Notes under the pieces: generated by a model
The model's input: only the letters and a program-made list of their open reading frames with translations
Databases searched by the model: none
Told to the model about the DNA's origin: nothing
Made by a program: the position numbers and the translations under genes
Shown here: positions 44,301 through 54,900 of the stretch, in pieces
Position numbering within the stretch: the stretch's first letter is position 1
Layout: each line of letters starts with the position of its first letter
Virus record (IMG/VR): IMGVR_UViG_3300010356_002264
Strand: one strand, 5' to 3'
Origin: a virus
Taxonomy: Duplodnaviria; Caudoviricetes
DNA: 64,000 bases

Positions 44301-46596
44301 CGCCCGAGCACCCGAGCAGTCGAATCGTGGGGCGGGGCCCCCCCCAGGCGACGAAGGACTCGTAGTGGAAGGACGAGGCCCTCACGGTCGGGTCTCCGGA
44401 GTCGAACAGTGGAGGACCCTCCGCTGAAGTCCCCAGAACCAGGTCCACCACGCCGGACGGCGGGATAGCGACGGGCGTGTAGGGGGCGTCGAGGTCGAGG
44501 TCAAACCGGTCCGGATAGGCGGGAATCGTGATGGTCTGCGGGGTGACCGGCATCACCACCCGCTGAGAGAAGGGTGGGGCTGTGTCGAACCCCCCCACCC
44601 CACAGGGATCCACCTCAGTCCCCGGGTCGGCGGCCCCGAACAGCGTGACCTCTCCCTCGTTCTCGACGCTTGCGGGCACGAAGCTCGCGAACACCACCAC
44701 CTCGTGCCGCGGGTTGTCTGGCGTGTTGAGCGTCCTGGGGTCCGGGCAGAGGTCGCAGCTTGGACCAGGTGCTGGAACGTGGGAGAGGCGCAGGATGCCC
44801 TCCTCGTAGTCTACCTCCCAGGACTGGGGCTCCGAGGACCCGATGTCGAGCGTCAGCTCGCGCGAGGAGATGGGCCGGTCGAAGTCGGGCTCGAGCGTGC
44901 CTCCCGCTCCGATGCGCGCGGGGAACAGCACCGCGCGGAACCCGAGCTCCAGCAGACTGCCTGGATTGGCGTTGGTGCCCGGACGCCCGCGGCCGGCGCT
45001 CGTCGTGTTGAAGACCACGCGGTCCGGTCGGTGCGGAGTCATTCCCGCGACGTGCGGCCACCCCTGCACGGACCTGCCCGACAGGAGTGGCGGTAGCAGG
45101 GGGCGTAGCCGGGTCGAGTCGAGCGCGTCCACGTCGATCGTCGAGGATGTCCACAAGGACGACACGGGTGGATGGATGGTGTAGGTGAGCTTGACACGCT
45201 GTCCCAGCAGCGCGGCGTCGAGCCAGAACGCGTCAGCAGAGGCGTCGAACGGCATGCCGGTGTTCGGGTCGATCTCGATGAGTCGCCGGCAGATGACCAG
45301 GTAGGTCCCAGCCGCGGGAACCACGATCTCCAGCACCTCGAACCAGCCGGTCAGGCGCTCTAGGCCGGGGTCGAGGAGCATCGACTTACCCGCGCTCCAG
45401 ATAGAGGCGTCGAGGATCTTCTCGACGCTGTGGATGCGCACCACCTGACCAACCTGGGGGCGCGTACCCTCGTCCGCGAAGAAGGCCCACCTTCCGATGG
45501 ACAGCTCGACCGGTGTCGGGTCGGTGGTCTCCCCTTGCAAGTGCCCCACTCCCGCTCCCAGCGGCCTGCGCACCGGCAGCAGCGCGGTGTCCCCGTAGTC
45601 CTGCGGCTGGCCCTGGTACTTCTGGACCGGGTTACCTGCCCACGGCAGGGGGGACCCAGGGTCCTGGAACGTCCACAGCGCACTGGGGGGCTGGAGGTCG
45701 GAGGGCAGCGACCGGGCCGGGGGGACGAACCCGTAGGCGCGGGACCGGTGTCCGTCGCGCGAGGGCAACGCGACGAGCCGCGCGGCTTCGGGACGGAGGA
45801 GATGAACCAAGCGCACGATCGCTCGGGTCGCGGAGGGAAAGTCGAAGTAGGCCGCGAGTCGCTTGCCGGGGTCGAGGGTGAGTGTGTCGCCCGATATCTC
45901 GACGACACGAAACACCTCGTGCCGCGACTCAGGCCCGCGGGCGCGCAGGGCGGCGCGAGAGGTGAGACCCTCCGAGCCGATCGCCCAGTCACCAAGGCCG
46001 GCGTCGTTGACGCCCACGACGCCAGCTTCCCCCGTCATCGCCACGACGAGGTACAGCCCGGAGGACGGGATCTGGTCGGTCCCGTAGATCCACAGGATGG
46101 CTGGAGTGAGCGAGTAGATGGGCTTGATGGGGCCCGATGACGGAGTCGTGCGCGGGGAGATGGTGTCGAGGGTGAGTGTATCCCCGCCGGCCTTACCGGA
46201 GTTGTCGACAGCCACCCACTGGATGTCGAGCATGGGTCCGCTCTGACCCGTAGGCCCCAGGAACGAGAAGGACACGGGTCGCCCCGCGAAGGAGGGGCCG
46301 CGAGAACCCACGCGGTTCGTCTCCCGGTCGTACGGGCGGAAGTTCACCTCGGGGAACCCGGGGAGACCGAGCTGGTTGCGTACGAACTCCCGGTGTCCGG
46401 ACGGACGAGCGACGGAGGCGTCGAGCACGCCATCCTCTCTCCACCAGGAGCTTGCCCAGGACCCCCCACCAAACCCGGAGGGTGCGGCAGGAGACCGACG
46501 GACAGGCTCCTGCCAGGGTGTTAGGGACTCGGTGGTCGCGACGGTCCCGTCGCGTTCTTTGCGGATGAGGTCGAGGAGGTCGTCGTTCTGGCTCAC
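41389..46596 (-). CDS. large tail fibre/tailspike-like protein with C-terminal right-handed beta-helix, 1735 aa
   Basis: C-terminal third has many xxGN/xxxC beta-helix turns (ILRGNRF, VDGNHL, VRNNRA, LSGNRA, IAGNHL); VTIDPGWALIGGR tail-fibre-type block; GGGTA 10 nt upstream. Confidence 0.7.
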   Translation of the reverse strand: MSQNDDLLDLIRKERDGTVATTESLTPWQEPVRRSPAAPSGFGGGSWASSWWREDGVLDASVARPSGHREFVRNQLGLPGFPEVNFRPYDRETNRVGSRGPSFAGRPVSFSFLGPTGQSGPMLDIQWVAVDNSGKAGGDTLTLDTISPRTTPSSGPIKPIYSLTPAILWIYGTDQIPSSGLYLVVAMTGEAGVVGVNDAGLGDWAIGSEGLTSRAALRARGPESRHEVFRVVEISGDTLTLDPGKRLAAYFDFPSATRAIVRLVHLLRPEAARLVALPSRDGHRSRAYGFVPPARSLPSDLQPPSALWTFQDPGSPLPWAGNPVQKYQGQPQDYGDTALLPVRRPLGAGVGHLQGETTDPTPVELSIGRWAFFADEGTRPQVGQVVRIHSVEKILDASIWSAGKSMLLDPGLERLTGWFEVLEIVVPAAGTYLVICRRLIEIDPNTGMPFDASADAFWLDAALLGQRVKLTYTIHPPVSSLWTSSTIDVDALDSTRLRPLLPPLLSGRSVQGWPHVAGMTPHRPDRVVFNTTSAGRGRPGTNANPGSLLELGFRAVLFPARIGAGGTLEPDFDRPISSRELTLDIGSSEPQSWEVDYEEGILRLSHVPAPGPSCDLCPDPRTLNTPDNPRHEVVVFASFVPASVENEGEVTLFGAADPGTEVDPCGVGGFDTAPPFSQRVVMPVTPQTITIPAYPDRFDLDLDAPYTPVAIPPSGVVDLVLGTSAEGPPLFDSGDPTVRASSFHYESFVAWGGPRPTIRLLGCSGGGVAGDTKTISAMAPASAVLRRHYSKSGGVPQVDYRNDLAYGRAARTQGIRFPGARVTWHGDGTTSVDTRTHEAAPLFHDLFAPNILQGCRPTAAGGLVVTIDPGWALIGGRRVPVRSRLTIVPDNATSYVYLVGTDPCDVRLSVSPVARPLPGRDDILVGRVHAAGGGITELLDLRYPLREVDYRLDVIVGRRPDLMPYGIPEPHFSTVAEAMGYVGELVNPEAGLSGYQVRILVVGLTEERAPLVPVRLPCDGILVEGVVSADFNRTDLSGVSWDHPDEALFDIQGRNGCEFRNLRIHYLDRGQGLNPNPNRVAFVHSGPGNLIDRLVLDGINMEGANLAHGMLLLRPPVTLTNSTIRRCAANRVTDFGVMIDRSNGCNVDACTFRQEAPAQTAIPRQAGISLGITGDLGLGNVVRACTVSGFLHCYYTDGTRDNFSECAALGSRGAGFVIGTTAGAGVTFDRCTGRELAFDPMIIPRTGFHVRNGEMPVVSGCRVDVAAVAPGVTGLRVDSPLSRVVDFTTNADVQLGRQNYGDRIIASGVIRLELETTLTDSRSSALEAASRCVIKGFVQVPGGVSLVTDNCVVSDSAFLDLITSGLLIRFSHCDFTDVLLRDGTLPEFASCLFRKNVSAVGDNGAFRGCTLIKGLTLEGSNNLVESCTINHQGNLLVRRSGGRGVGNILRGNRFTGEGGIWLDGDQCEVDGNHLTSFETTSGTALSIVVTGQQAMVRNNRALFGIGLGVVVGGTTEEALVNGNWASLMTVRAPRSVVSANVTGPLLVDADCVVTGGRHGSVEFLSAFGILAGSDVAGTVTVDGGTLVLSGNRAQGQLKLSATGSRSIIAGNHLASVLADGHVGTVMTGNSSGAILANAAHQSIFTGNSVVSGGLTAKSNLIILVGNATRGADILLPRDTPASFIVVGNHARNIAADGGGDPDPTPPQKSMVSGNRATLIFGAAPDGQGRRNNVGT

Positions 46597-46628
46597 CCGC
46601 TAAGCATACCCAACGGGCCCCTACCTCG

Positions 46629-47030
46629 TCATGGAGAGGTTGGGCTCGCGGGCTCGGTGCGAGGCCACTCCTGCACGATGGCCCCCATCTGCTCCCCTAC
46701 GCGCCGCCGCTGGAGCTGGTCGATCCCCTCGCTGACAAACTCCCGGTACCGGTAAACGACGTGGTTTGAGATCGGGACCGCGCGGTAGTTCCCGTCAGCC
46801 CCCACGTACTCCAGGCCGTCGAGCGCGCCCCCGATGCGCTGGGCCGGCAGGGCGAGCGCGGGGTTGGGGGGAGGGTCCATGACGACACGATCCTGCCCGT
46901 CCCCGTCGAACTGCATCCCGAAGATCGTGCTGTGGCCCGCGTTGTAGTGGAGGAAGGCGAGGAACCGCTCCAGGCGACGATGCACGCTGGGAGAGGCGGT
47001 GATGGTGAAGGTCTTCGTCTCCATTGTCAT
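46629..47030 (-). CDS. hypothetical protein
   Basis: GGGTA 10 nt upstream; FDGDG motif. Confidence 0.65.
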   Translation of the reverse strand: MTMETKTFTITASPSVHRRLERFLAFLHYNAGHSTIFGMQFDGDGQDRVVMDPPPNPALALPAQRIGGALDGLEYVGADGNYRAVPISNHVVYRYREFVSEGIDQLQRRRVGEQMGAIVQEWPRTEPASPTSP

Positions 47031-47039
47031 GCCGTAACC

Positions 47040-47330
47040 CTACCCTGCGCGCTCCGCTCGAACAGGTGCCATACGAGCCGTCCCACACTCATCTGAACCG
47101 TCCCCCCGGTCGGGCTCGCGCGGGGACAGCAGCACTCGAACCACGCGAACCTCAACCTCAACGATCCCACACTCGAACAGGCAAACCGCGCGCCTCTCGG
47201 CGAGCGCTCGGGCCGTCGGGTAGACGGGAACCTCAGGGGCTCCCTCCAGCTCGAAGGCGAAGTCCGTAAGGTCCATGAACCCGCGCCGAGGTTTGAAGTT
47301 CTTGGGCTTGCAGTGACGTCGAGCGCTCAC
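47040..47330 (-). CDS. small hypothetical protein
   Basis: ORF between neighbours; start uncertain. Confidence 0.45.
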   Translation of the reverse strand: MSARRHCKPKNFKPRRGFMDLTDFAFELEGAPEVPVYPTARALAERRAVCLFECGIVEVEVRVVRVLLSPREPDRGDGSDECGTARMAPVRAERAG

Positions 47331-47356
47331 GGGTCAAGTAGCTCACGGGTCAAGTA
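47325..47356. repeat. exact 16-bp tandem duplication GCTCACGGGTCAAGTA
   Basis: Copies at 47325-47340 and 47341-47356, spanning the deacetylase stop codon. Confidence 0.9.
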
Positions 47357-48263
47357 GCCCACGCAACAGGTACTCTGCGCTCTCCGCCGTCGCCTCTCGG
47401 TGGTAGCCCCCCTCCAGCACGGCGGCCAGCCTCGGCTGGAGCTTGAGGAGGTCGCGGACCAGCACCCCGTAGTCAGCGGACTCCAGCTCAAGCTCCGCCT
47501 CAGGGTCGAGCCGGTGCGCGTCGAACCCCGCCGACAGGAGAATGATGTCTGGCTGGAATCCTCCAACGAACGGGAGCACGAAGCGCTGCCACTGGGTCAT
47601 GTAGTCGGCGGTCGTGGTCCCGCCACGCAGCGGGACGTTCAGGTTCATCCCCCGCCCATCCCCCTGACCGTACTCGTTCGCCCTCCCGCTGAAGGGGTAG
47701 AACGGGTGCTGGTGGGTGCTCACGAACAGCACGTCTGGGTTGGAGTAGAAGAGGTCCTGCGTGCCGTTGCCGTGGTGCGCGTCGATGTCGACGATCGCGA
47801 CGCGTGCTCCGCGCGCCTGACAGGCCGCAGCGGCGATCGCCACGTTGTTGAGCAGGCAGAAGCCCCCCGCGTGGTCTCGCCCCGCATGGTGGCCCGGCGG
47901 ACGCACGACGGCAAACCCGTTGTCCTGCGCGGAGGCAAGCACGCGAGTCGCGACCTCTGTCGCGCTGCCCGCGGCAAACAGGGCAGTCCGCAGGCTCCCC
48001 GGACCAAGGTACGTGTCCTGGTCCAACCACCCTGAAGATCGGGAAGCAAGGTATGCCCCGTAGGTGTCCGAGTGGATACGGCGCACCTCATCTACCTCAG
48101 CCGTACGAGGGGCCACCCGCACGCATCGATCGGCCAGCCCCGCGGCTTCCAGGCGACGCATGATCGTCCGTACACGGTCTGGTCGTTCTGGGTGGTCAGA
48201 ATCGCCATCCGGCGGTTCGTGGGCCGCGCAGAAGACCTCATCCATGCACAAGTTGGTACTCAT
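47343..48263 (-). CDS. histone deacetylase family (class II-like) Zn-dependent amidohydrolase
   Basis: HPERPDR, DTY, RPPGHHA, GFCLLNN, VDIDAHHGNGTQ, SAGFDAH, LEGGY; CAGCTC (48299) 36 nt upstream. Confidence 0.96.
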   Translation of the reverse strand: MSTNLCMDEVFCAAHEPPDGDSDHPERPDRVRTIMRRLEAAGLADRCVRVAPRTAEVDEVRRIHSDTYGAYLASRSSGWLDQDTYLGPGSLRTALFAAGSATEVATRVLASAQDNGFAVVRPPGHHAGRDHAGGFCLLNNVAIAAAACQARGARVAIVDIDAHHGNGTQDLFYSNPDVLFVSTHQHPFYPFSGRANEYGQGDGRGMNLNVPLRGGTTTADYMTQWQRFVLPFVGGFQPDIILLSAGFDAHRLDPEAELELESADYGVLVRDLLKLQPRLAAVLEGGYHREATAESAEYLLRGLLDP

Positions 48264-48460
48264 GGGGTGGAAGCGCGCGGACCCTGTGACCTGGAGCTGT
48301 CTGTTCGCTTCCGCCGCAAGATGCCACGGTCCGCGATCTCCCCAGAGACTGCGCGCAGTCGTTCTCGGTCCCAAGGACGACCCGCCTTGGCGAGCAGGAT
48401 GGTCTCCATGAGCTCGGTGCAGAGGTCGTCGTCAGACATCTCGGAGGGAGGCTGGGGCAT
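48260..48460 (-). CDS. small hypothetical protein
   Basis: CAGCTC-N18-CGAC (48496) exactly 36 nt upstream. Confidence 0.6.
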   Translation of the reverse strand: MPQPPSEMSDDDLCTELMETILLAKAGRPWDRERLRAVSGEIADRGILRRKRTDSSRSQGPRASTP

Positions 48461-48496
48461 GGGGAAGCGTCGATGACCCCTCGTGACCCGGAGCTG

Positions 48497-51400
48497 CTAC
48501 GGGACCTCCCTTCGGATCCCCACGACTCCGCGCACGAAGAGGTTCGGGGCCGTCACGTCGGAGGTCCCGAAGGTCCCCGTGAGGGGGTTCTTCGGGTGGG
48601 AGAGGTCGTACGGGAGGGCTTCCGGCGTCATGGTGACCCGAACGAGCAGGGGCACCTCCTCGAGGAACCCGGAAGGACGGAGGGCCGCGAAGTCTCCAAG
48701 GTTCAGCCGGAGACGGCAGTACACGAGCCCCGTGTCGGGGTCGACTCCGCTCTCCGTGCCAGGTCCGTGGATGAGGCAGCCAGCTCCATCCTCGGTCGGG
48801 CTCTGCTTTCCAGGCCCAGTTCCGTCTCGGCGACCCGCATCCATCCACGTCGTCAGCCCCGGCACCTTCACGTGGACGGCGACCACGCCCCGCTGCCCAG
48901 GGCCGGGCGCAACGTACCCGATGTCACTGAGGTCTACCCCGTCGACGCGCAGCGTGACGACCGAGCGCCCCGCGTACTCGTAACCCATGTCGATCGCGCG
49001 GACGTATGCGCGCGGTCCCAGCGCCTTGGAGTAGTCGGGCTGGTCTACGGAGAGACCGTCGTCGGCCTTCGACGGACGCACGCCGGCCGCCGCGTAGTCG
49101 ACCGCGGGGTAGCGAACGACTCCTGTGGACGGGTGAGGGTAGGCGGCTTGCTCCACGGCAGATGGAGCCCTGTGCGGCAGCCCCGCGACCTGGAGGTGAC
49201 CGAGCTTGAGCGGGTCGAGGTGGCGGCCCAGCCGGACCCAGGACATCTCCTGCCACCCCGCCGTGTGCGCGATGCGCACAGGAAGGGCGAGGTAGGCTGG
49301 CAGCCAAGTCCCCAGGCCAGGTCCGGAGAGGGCTTGGCTGGCGGGGAAGGCGTAGATGCTGTCCACGGGGGTCCACTCGTTCGTCCAGCGATAAACCTCG
49401 TCGAGGAACCTCTCATCCTTGTCGCGGTCCGTGTTCGCCAAGCTGGCCGGAACCCCGTAGGGCACAGCCCCGCCGGTCGTGTAGTTGCCCGTCCGCGGCA
49501 GGGAGGCCCCAAAGTTCCCCGCCGTGTGAAGCATGACCTGCGCGGGGGGATCGAGCGTGAGCTCCACCCCGCGGTCGGAGGGCCACAACCCCCCGTCATG
49601 ACGCGACCGCACGAACGCGCGGATCCGCGCGTCGCTGGAGAACGACGGCGTGTCCGTGTCCCCCCGCAGGGGCATAGTGGTCGTGCAGGAGACGTCCAGC
49701 GTGTCGGTCGGGTCCGGTGCGTTGAGGCCCCCGTACGTGCCTCGGGCGTTGTTCCCACAGTGGGTCAGGGGCACCTCCACGCGTCGAAGCCGTGGGTCCC
49801 CCGCAGACCCGGCGAACGAGGTGAGCGCAGCAGGTGGGCTGGCTCCCTCGGGGACCTCGATCGAAGGTTGGCCTGGGATGGTTGGGTGCTCGCCCCAGCC
49901 GAACGCCGCGAGAGACAGCACCACCGGGCATGGAGGGGCAATGACCGCGGGAGGAATGACGCGCGCGAACAGGCGCGCGTCGTCGACACCGAACACGCCG
50001 GTCTCAAACACGCCCATGGCACCCTGTAGACCGACGGAGAGCAAACCGATCAGGGAGTCCCCCGTTGTGGGGTCGGTGGGCACGTAGTAGGCGACTCCCG
50101 AGACCCACATGACGGGAGGGGTTGCCGCCACGGACCACTTGGCGGACCCCGTGGCGGAAGCGGGCGTCGTGGGCTCGGCGGGCACCGATACCTCCGCGCG
50201 CACGGCATGGTAGGAGACGGACGCATACCCGTACGTGGGGGCGGGGCCGCGCGGGGGTCTTGCCCCCCCACCATCGAAGTTGGAGACGTTGCTCATGTAG
50301 CCGGGCCGTATGGTGTCGGCGACGCGTGCCCCATACAGGTCTCCGAGGTCGAGCGCCCCCGTGAGGACGAACTTCTCGAACGCCCCCTCAGTACGGAAGT
50401 GCAGCAGCAGGTAGGTCCCCACGCGCACCAGTCCCGCCCCCGGAGCCGGCGCGAGGAACGCGTGCCGGTACCGTGCTATCTGTCGCGACCAGCCGTCCTG
50501 ATGGAAGAGCCCCCCGTAGAGCCCGGCCGTCGGGAGGATGGCGGGTAGGAGCGTGCCGTCAGGCAGGATGTTCGCCGCCGGCAGCTTCTTCTCGAAGAAG
50601 CGGAACGTCTCGCGGGATCGCAGGACATCCATCCCCCTGGGCGTGTAGGGCAGGGTCGCGTAGTCGGCGACCTGAGGGAGCCGGTAGGCAAGGAAGTTAG
50701 GCTCTGCTCCCTTCCTGGTGAGCAGCACCGTCGAACCCAGCACGACCTGACCGCTCGCGTCGGGAGGAGGGGCAGGGGAGTAGCCAGATAGGGAGGCCCC
50801 CAGGATGGGGATTCCATACGGGAGGACAGGGCCCGCACCCCCGTCGGTTCCGAGGCGGACTTGACCCGCCGCGGGCCAGGTTGCGCCCGGCGCGCGACGT
50901 GCCCCCTGCTTGCCGTCCGCGTCGTAGTCGTCGTACGGCGCGCGCAGCAGCAGCCCGTCGAGGCTGTCCACACCGAGCAGGATCTCCCGCAGGTCGTACT
51001 GACCGCTGGCGCGCCCCGGAAAGGCGAGGGGGTCGTAGTTACCGTCCTCGTCCCGGCCTGGGTCAAAGATACCCCCGGGGCTTCCGTCGCAGGCATCGTT
51101 GCAGCCCGAGCACTGACGCGGCTTGGGCGGCGGGGGTGGGAGGATACCCTGTCCGAGCAGGACCGCTGCGACGACGCGGTCCTCGAAGGGCTGGGCCAGA
51201 AAGTCCGCTGCCTCGGTGAGCTTGCCGTCCGGTCTCGTTGCGGGCCACTTGACGAGGGCGAGCACGCCACGGTCGGCCGGGTGGATGATGCCGGACACCA
51301 CGACGGGAACGTACTCGTAGCGCGTCGCGGTCGCTGGATCGATCCAGCGACGCACCGCGCGCAAGGTACGTACAGTCGGACCTGCACCGGCGGCGACGCC

Positions 51401-51910
51401 AGCGGACAGGGCCTGCCCCACTCCAGCTCCGGGGAGGTCGAACACGGAGACGCCCGTATTCCACACCCAGTCGGACGGGGGATCGACCCCCTCGCGGGGA
51501 AACGGCCTCGGGTCGACGGCAGGCCCTGGCGGGATCTGGTACCCGGGGTAGCGCTCCGGCCGACCTGACGGGTCCGACAGCTTCAGGGACCCCCAGTCGG
51601 GAACCCCCGACGCCTGCGTCCACGGAGGAGCGTACCTTCCGACCTGCGGAGGGGGAGGGGGAAGAGCGCCCGCCAGCGCGTCGATCGCCGACTGGACGCT
51701 CCCAGCCGGAAGCGTGTCTCCACCTCCACGAGCGGTCGCCGCGGAGGCTGCGGGCGGGGCGGGCACGAAGGGGCCACCCCCGCGCTCGACAGCACCCGTC
51801 GATGTCAGGTCGCCCGGATGGACGACTAGCGGTCCTCGCGACTCTACCACGGCGGCAGCGGGGTCGCCGGCCGGCGCGGGGGACCTTCCCGGTCCAGTCT
51901 CTGGGATCAC
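48497..51910 (-). CDS. large putative virion structural protein (~1137 aa)
   Basis: GTGA overlap with the upstream structural gene, SD GGAGG; VQSAIDAL and FLDEVYR blocks. Confidence 0.6.
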   Translation of the reverse strand: MIPETGPGRSPAPAGDPAAAVVESRGPLVVHPGDLTSTGAVERGGGPFVPAPPAASAATARGGGDTLPAGSVQSAIDALAGALPPPPPQVGRYAPPWTQASGVPDWGSLKLSDPSGRPERYPGYQIPPGPAVDPRPFPREGVDPPSDWVWNTGVSVFDLPGAGVGQALSAGVAAGAGPTVRTLRAVRRWIDPATATRYEYVPVVVSGIIHPADRGVLALVKWPATRPDGKLTEAADFLAQPFEDRVVAAVLLGQGILPPPPPKPRQCSGCNDACDGSPGGIFDPGRDEDGNYDPLAFPGRASGQYDLREILLGVDSLDGLLLRAPYDDYDADGKQGARRAPGATWPAAGQVRLGTDGGAGPVLPYGIPILGASLSGYSPAPPPDASGQVVLGSTVLLTRKGAEPNFLAYRLPQVADYATLPYTPRGMDVLRSRETFRFFEKKLPAANILPDGTLLPAILPTAGLYGGLFHQDGWSRQIARYRHAFLAPAPGAGLVRVGTYLLLHFRTEGAFEKFVLTGALDLGDLYGARVADTIRPGYMSNVSNFDGGGARPPRGPAPTYGYASVSYHAVRAEVSVPAEPTTPASATGSAKWSVAATPPVMWVSGVAYYVPTDPTTGDSLIGLLSVGLQGAMGVFETGVFGVDDARLFARVIPPAVIAPPCPVVLSLAAFGWGEHPTIPGQPSIEVPEGASPPAALTSFAGSAGDPRLRRVEVPLTHCGNNARGTYGGLNAPDPTDTLDVSCTTTMPLRGDTDTPSFSSDARIRAFVRSRHDGGLWPSDRGVELTLDPPAQVMLHTAGNFGASLPRTGNYTTGGAVPYGVPASLANTDRDKDERFLDEVYRWTNEWTPVDSIYAFPASQALSGPGLGTWLPAYLALPVRIAHTAGWQEMSWVRLGRHLDPLKLGHLQVAGLPHRAPSAVEQAAYPHPSTGVVRYPAVDYAAAGVRPSKADDGLSVDQPDYSKALGPRAYVRAIDMGYEYAGRSVVTLRVDGVDLSDIGYVAPGPGQRGVVAVHVKVPGLTTWMDAGRRDGTGPGKQSPTEDGAGCLIHGPGTESGVDPDTGLVYCRLRLNLGDFAALRPSGFLEEVPLLVRVTMTPEALPYDLSHPKNPLTGTFGTSDVTAPNLFVRGVVGIRREVP

Positions 51911-54900
51911 GACAGCACCTCCCTCTCTCCTGTCCACGCCATCCAGCGGCCCTCCACCCTGTAGAGGGCTGCGGAGCTATGTTCCGGGACTCCGCCCGGC
52001 CCCACCTCGACCGAGCTGCTCGCGTCGAGCACCCCGTAGCGGGATAGGACCACCAGCACCACCTCAGACCTGCGGAGGAGCAGGCCATTGCTCGTCGTGT
52101 ACACGTCCTCCAGGGCACGGCACAGCAGCGGGACCGCCGCCCGGTGACAGGACGGACCTGACAGCTCGGAGGCGAGGGCGCGCACGGCCTCGTCGTCCTG
52201 GCTCGCAGCGGGGTAGTAGGCGCGCCCCTCTGCGTCGCGTCGAGGGAGCGCGCCCGGGTCCCCACCTCCCAGCACCAGGACAGCCCCACACGGAACCGGC
52301 AGCAGGGTAGGCAGCCGAAGCGCCCCGGCAAGGGCCTGGAGCCCCGACACGGACACCGTGGACCCAGCAGACAGCGCGTCGTCTCGCGTCACGTCGCCAA
52401 GGAACCGGCCATCGCGCAGGGGCAGGAGGTCTCCCCTTGGGAAGGGGCGATCAGACTCAGGGCTTCCCGCCCCAGCCTGGAGAAGCCAGGCTGACGCCTC
52501 TGCCAGAACCTCCACCCGAACGGCTGGAGGCATCGAGTTTGCCCCGTCGTGCACGCCTGCCGTCTGCGGGGCCGCTGCGGGGTAGAAGATCGCCACCTGA
52601 TAACCCGCCGCCCCGTAGTTGGGGATCGGGTCCTGGGGGAAGTAGGTCACGATGCAACGGCGTGACCCCGGTGACGGAAACGGGTTCAGCAGGCGCACGA
52701 CGCGCTCGCTCGACCCGTACGGCGTGTTCACCTCGTCGACCGGAAGCACCGCTCCCGTCACCACGTCGGTCACCGTGACGAGACCCGCGCCACCGAAGAC
52801 CCGTCGTGGTAGCACGAGTTCGTAGCGGTTTCGGCTCACCACGACCTCGTCGACCGGAGTGCCAGGCTTGCCGGCGCCGGCCTTGTGAGTGCGGGTCACG
52901 TTCGCCACGTACTCGACGCGCGCCTCTCGCGCAGGGGCTGTGACGCGTCCCCGCGCGAGGCGCTCGAAGTCCGCAGGCCGCTGGGCGGGGTCTGCCTCGA
53001 TGACGGGACCCAGCCCTGCTGCTTTACCGTCGTAGACAATGTTGTCGGGGTACGCCTCCCCCTCCGGGGTCGCGGCGAGACCACCCGCAGGGGGGTAGCT
53101 CACCTCGAGCTCCAGGAAGATGCGCCGGTCGGAACCAGGTAGCCCCCCGTCATCACGGCCCACGAGTCGGTACAAAGTGGCCCCGCCGTAGCCGCTGTCG
53201 GCCGCCTGGTCGTTGCGCAGCAGGCACACCTCTACGTGTCGAGTCCCCAGGCCCCGCACCCACCGGATCTCCACTTCGCGCGAGGTGTCTGCGGAGGACA
53301 GTCCGTCGTCATGCTCCCCAAACACTACGTCCGTGATGACCGTGCCGGGCGGAGCGAGGTCAGGAAACAGCACCTTGGCGGCGGGTGCGCTCGTCCCGTC
53401 TCCTCCCCGACCGTCGAACTCTGAACCAAGCTGCGAGCAGTCCATGCGGTCCAGGTCCACGTGCAGGACGTCGCCCTCCGTCCATGTGTCGATGGCGAGG
53501 GGCTTTCCGCCCTTCTCCGACTTGACGACGTAGAGGGCGGGGTCCTCTCTTCCAGGTTTGGCCGGGCCTCCCTGAGCGGTTGCGGTGGGGCGATCTCCCG
53601 GCCACAAGGCGAAGCACACGCGCTCGACCGTCGAGCGCCCCGAGAAGGTGCGAGCGACGTGGTCGAGGTTGCGCGCGCAGCGCCCGATGCCGGTGTCTCC
53701 AGAGCTCGGAGGCGCGCCTCCCTGGGCCGCGGTCCGTCCGAACTCCTCTGCCATGAGGTGCGAGGTTCCCACCTCGCCCGTCTGCGCGCCCGCTCGCCCG
53801 GACGCATCGCCGGCCCAGGTGCGCAGCTCCCCACGAAGCAGGCGCTGGGACTGGTGCGCCAGGTCGGCGACGAAGTCGTTCCCCGCCAGGGCCGTGTGGT
53901 GCCGCACGTCAAGAAGGTCGTGCGGGCGCAGCACGTCGGCGAACGACCCGTCTGGACGATCAGATCGTCCCGCGGGCACCACGAGTCCAGAGGCTGTGGT
54001 GTAGCCTCCATGGTCCGACGTGGGAGCGCCGTTCGCGTTGTTGCGAGGGTCGAAGCCGAGCGCCGCGGCCCCAGCCGACGAGCAGTCGTTACGTCGGAAC
54101 ACCAGGCAGACCGGCAGCGCGAGGACGAACCCATCCACGCTCCCAAGGTCGGCAGCGGCCTGCGCGGTCCCGTCCCCCGCTACCCAGAGGCCATCGTCCT
54201 GGTCCCCATAGCGCGCGGCGGAGCTCTCCAGCCAGGAGGATCGTCCGTCAGCGGGGACGAACGGGTAGGAGCGCTTGTCGATCAGGTTCCCCGTCCATAC
54301 GGGCTGCTTGCGCCCTCCCTGGGCGAACACAGCCGGGTGCGGGCCTCCTGACGAGGGTGACGAGAACCCATCGGGGTGGTCGCGGAACGATACCGCCTCG
54401 TCCACTCCGGTGGCACGCAGGCGGTACTGCGTCTGAACCCGGAGGCACGTCTCCTGGTTCGACGTGAGGTCGAGGATCTCGTCGGGCAGCGCTAGGGCCC
54501 CAGGCGACAGCACGTTACCGTGCCGGTACACCGTGGTGGGAGAGGGGCGCGCGGGCTGGTCGTACCCGCCAGAGAACGTCGCGCCGGACACCTTGAGCGC
54601 TCCGGGCTGGGCGGTGACGACCGTGATGGGGATCGAGTTGCCCGCCACGCCTGGAGACGCGTAGAAGTCCACCTCGGAAGCGTTAGCGCGCGCCGTGACG
54701 AGCGCCGACCCAGGCCACAGGGGGTCAGAGGCAGCCATCTCGATGTTAATGGCCGTGGCCTCCGGGGTCGCCCCCACCTGGAACTCGCCGGGCGCGGCGG
54801 GCGCCGCCGACCGTGCGGTGAGCACGAACCCTCCAACGTCGATGGTGTCGCCGTCCGAGAGGGCCTTCACGTCGATCACCACCACGAAAGCCGTCGCTCG

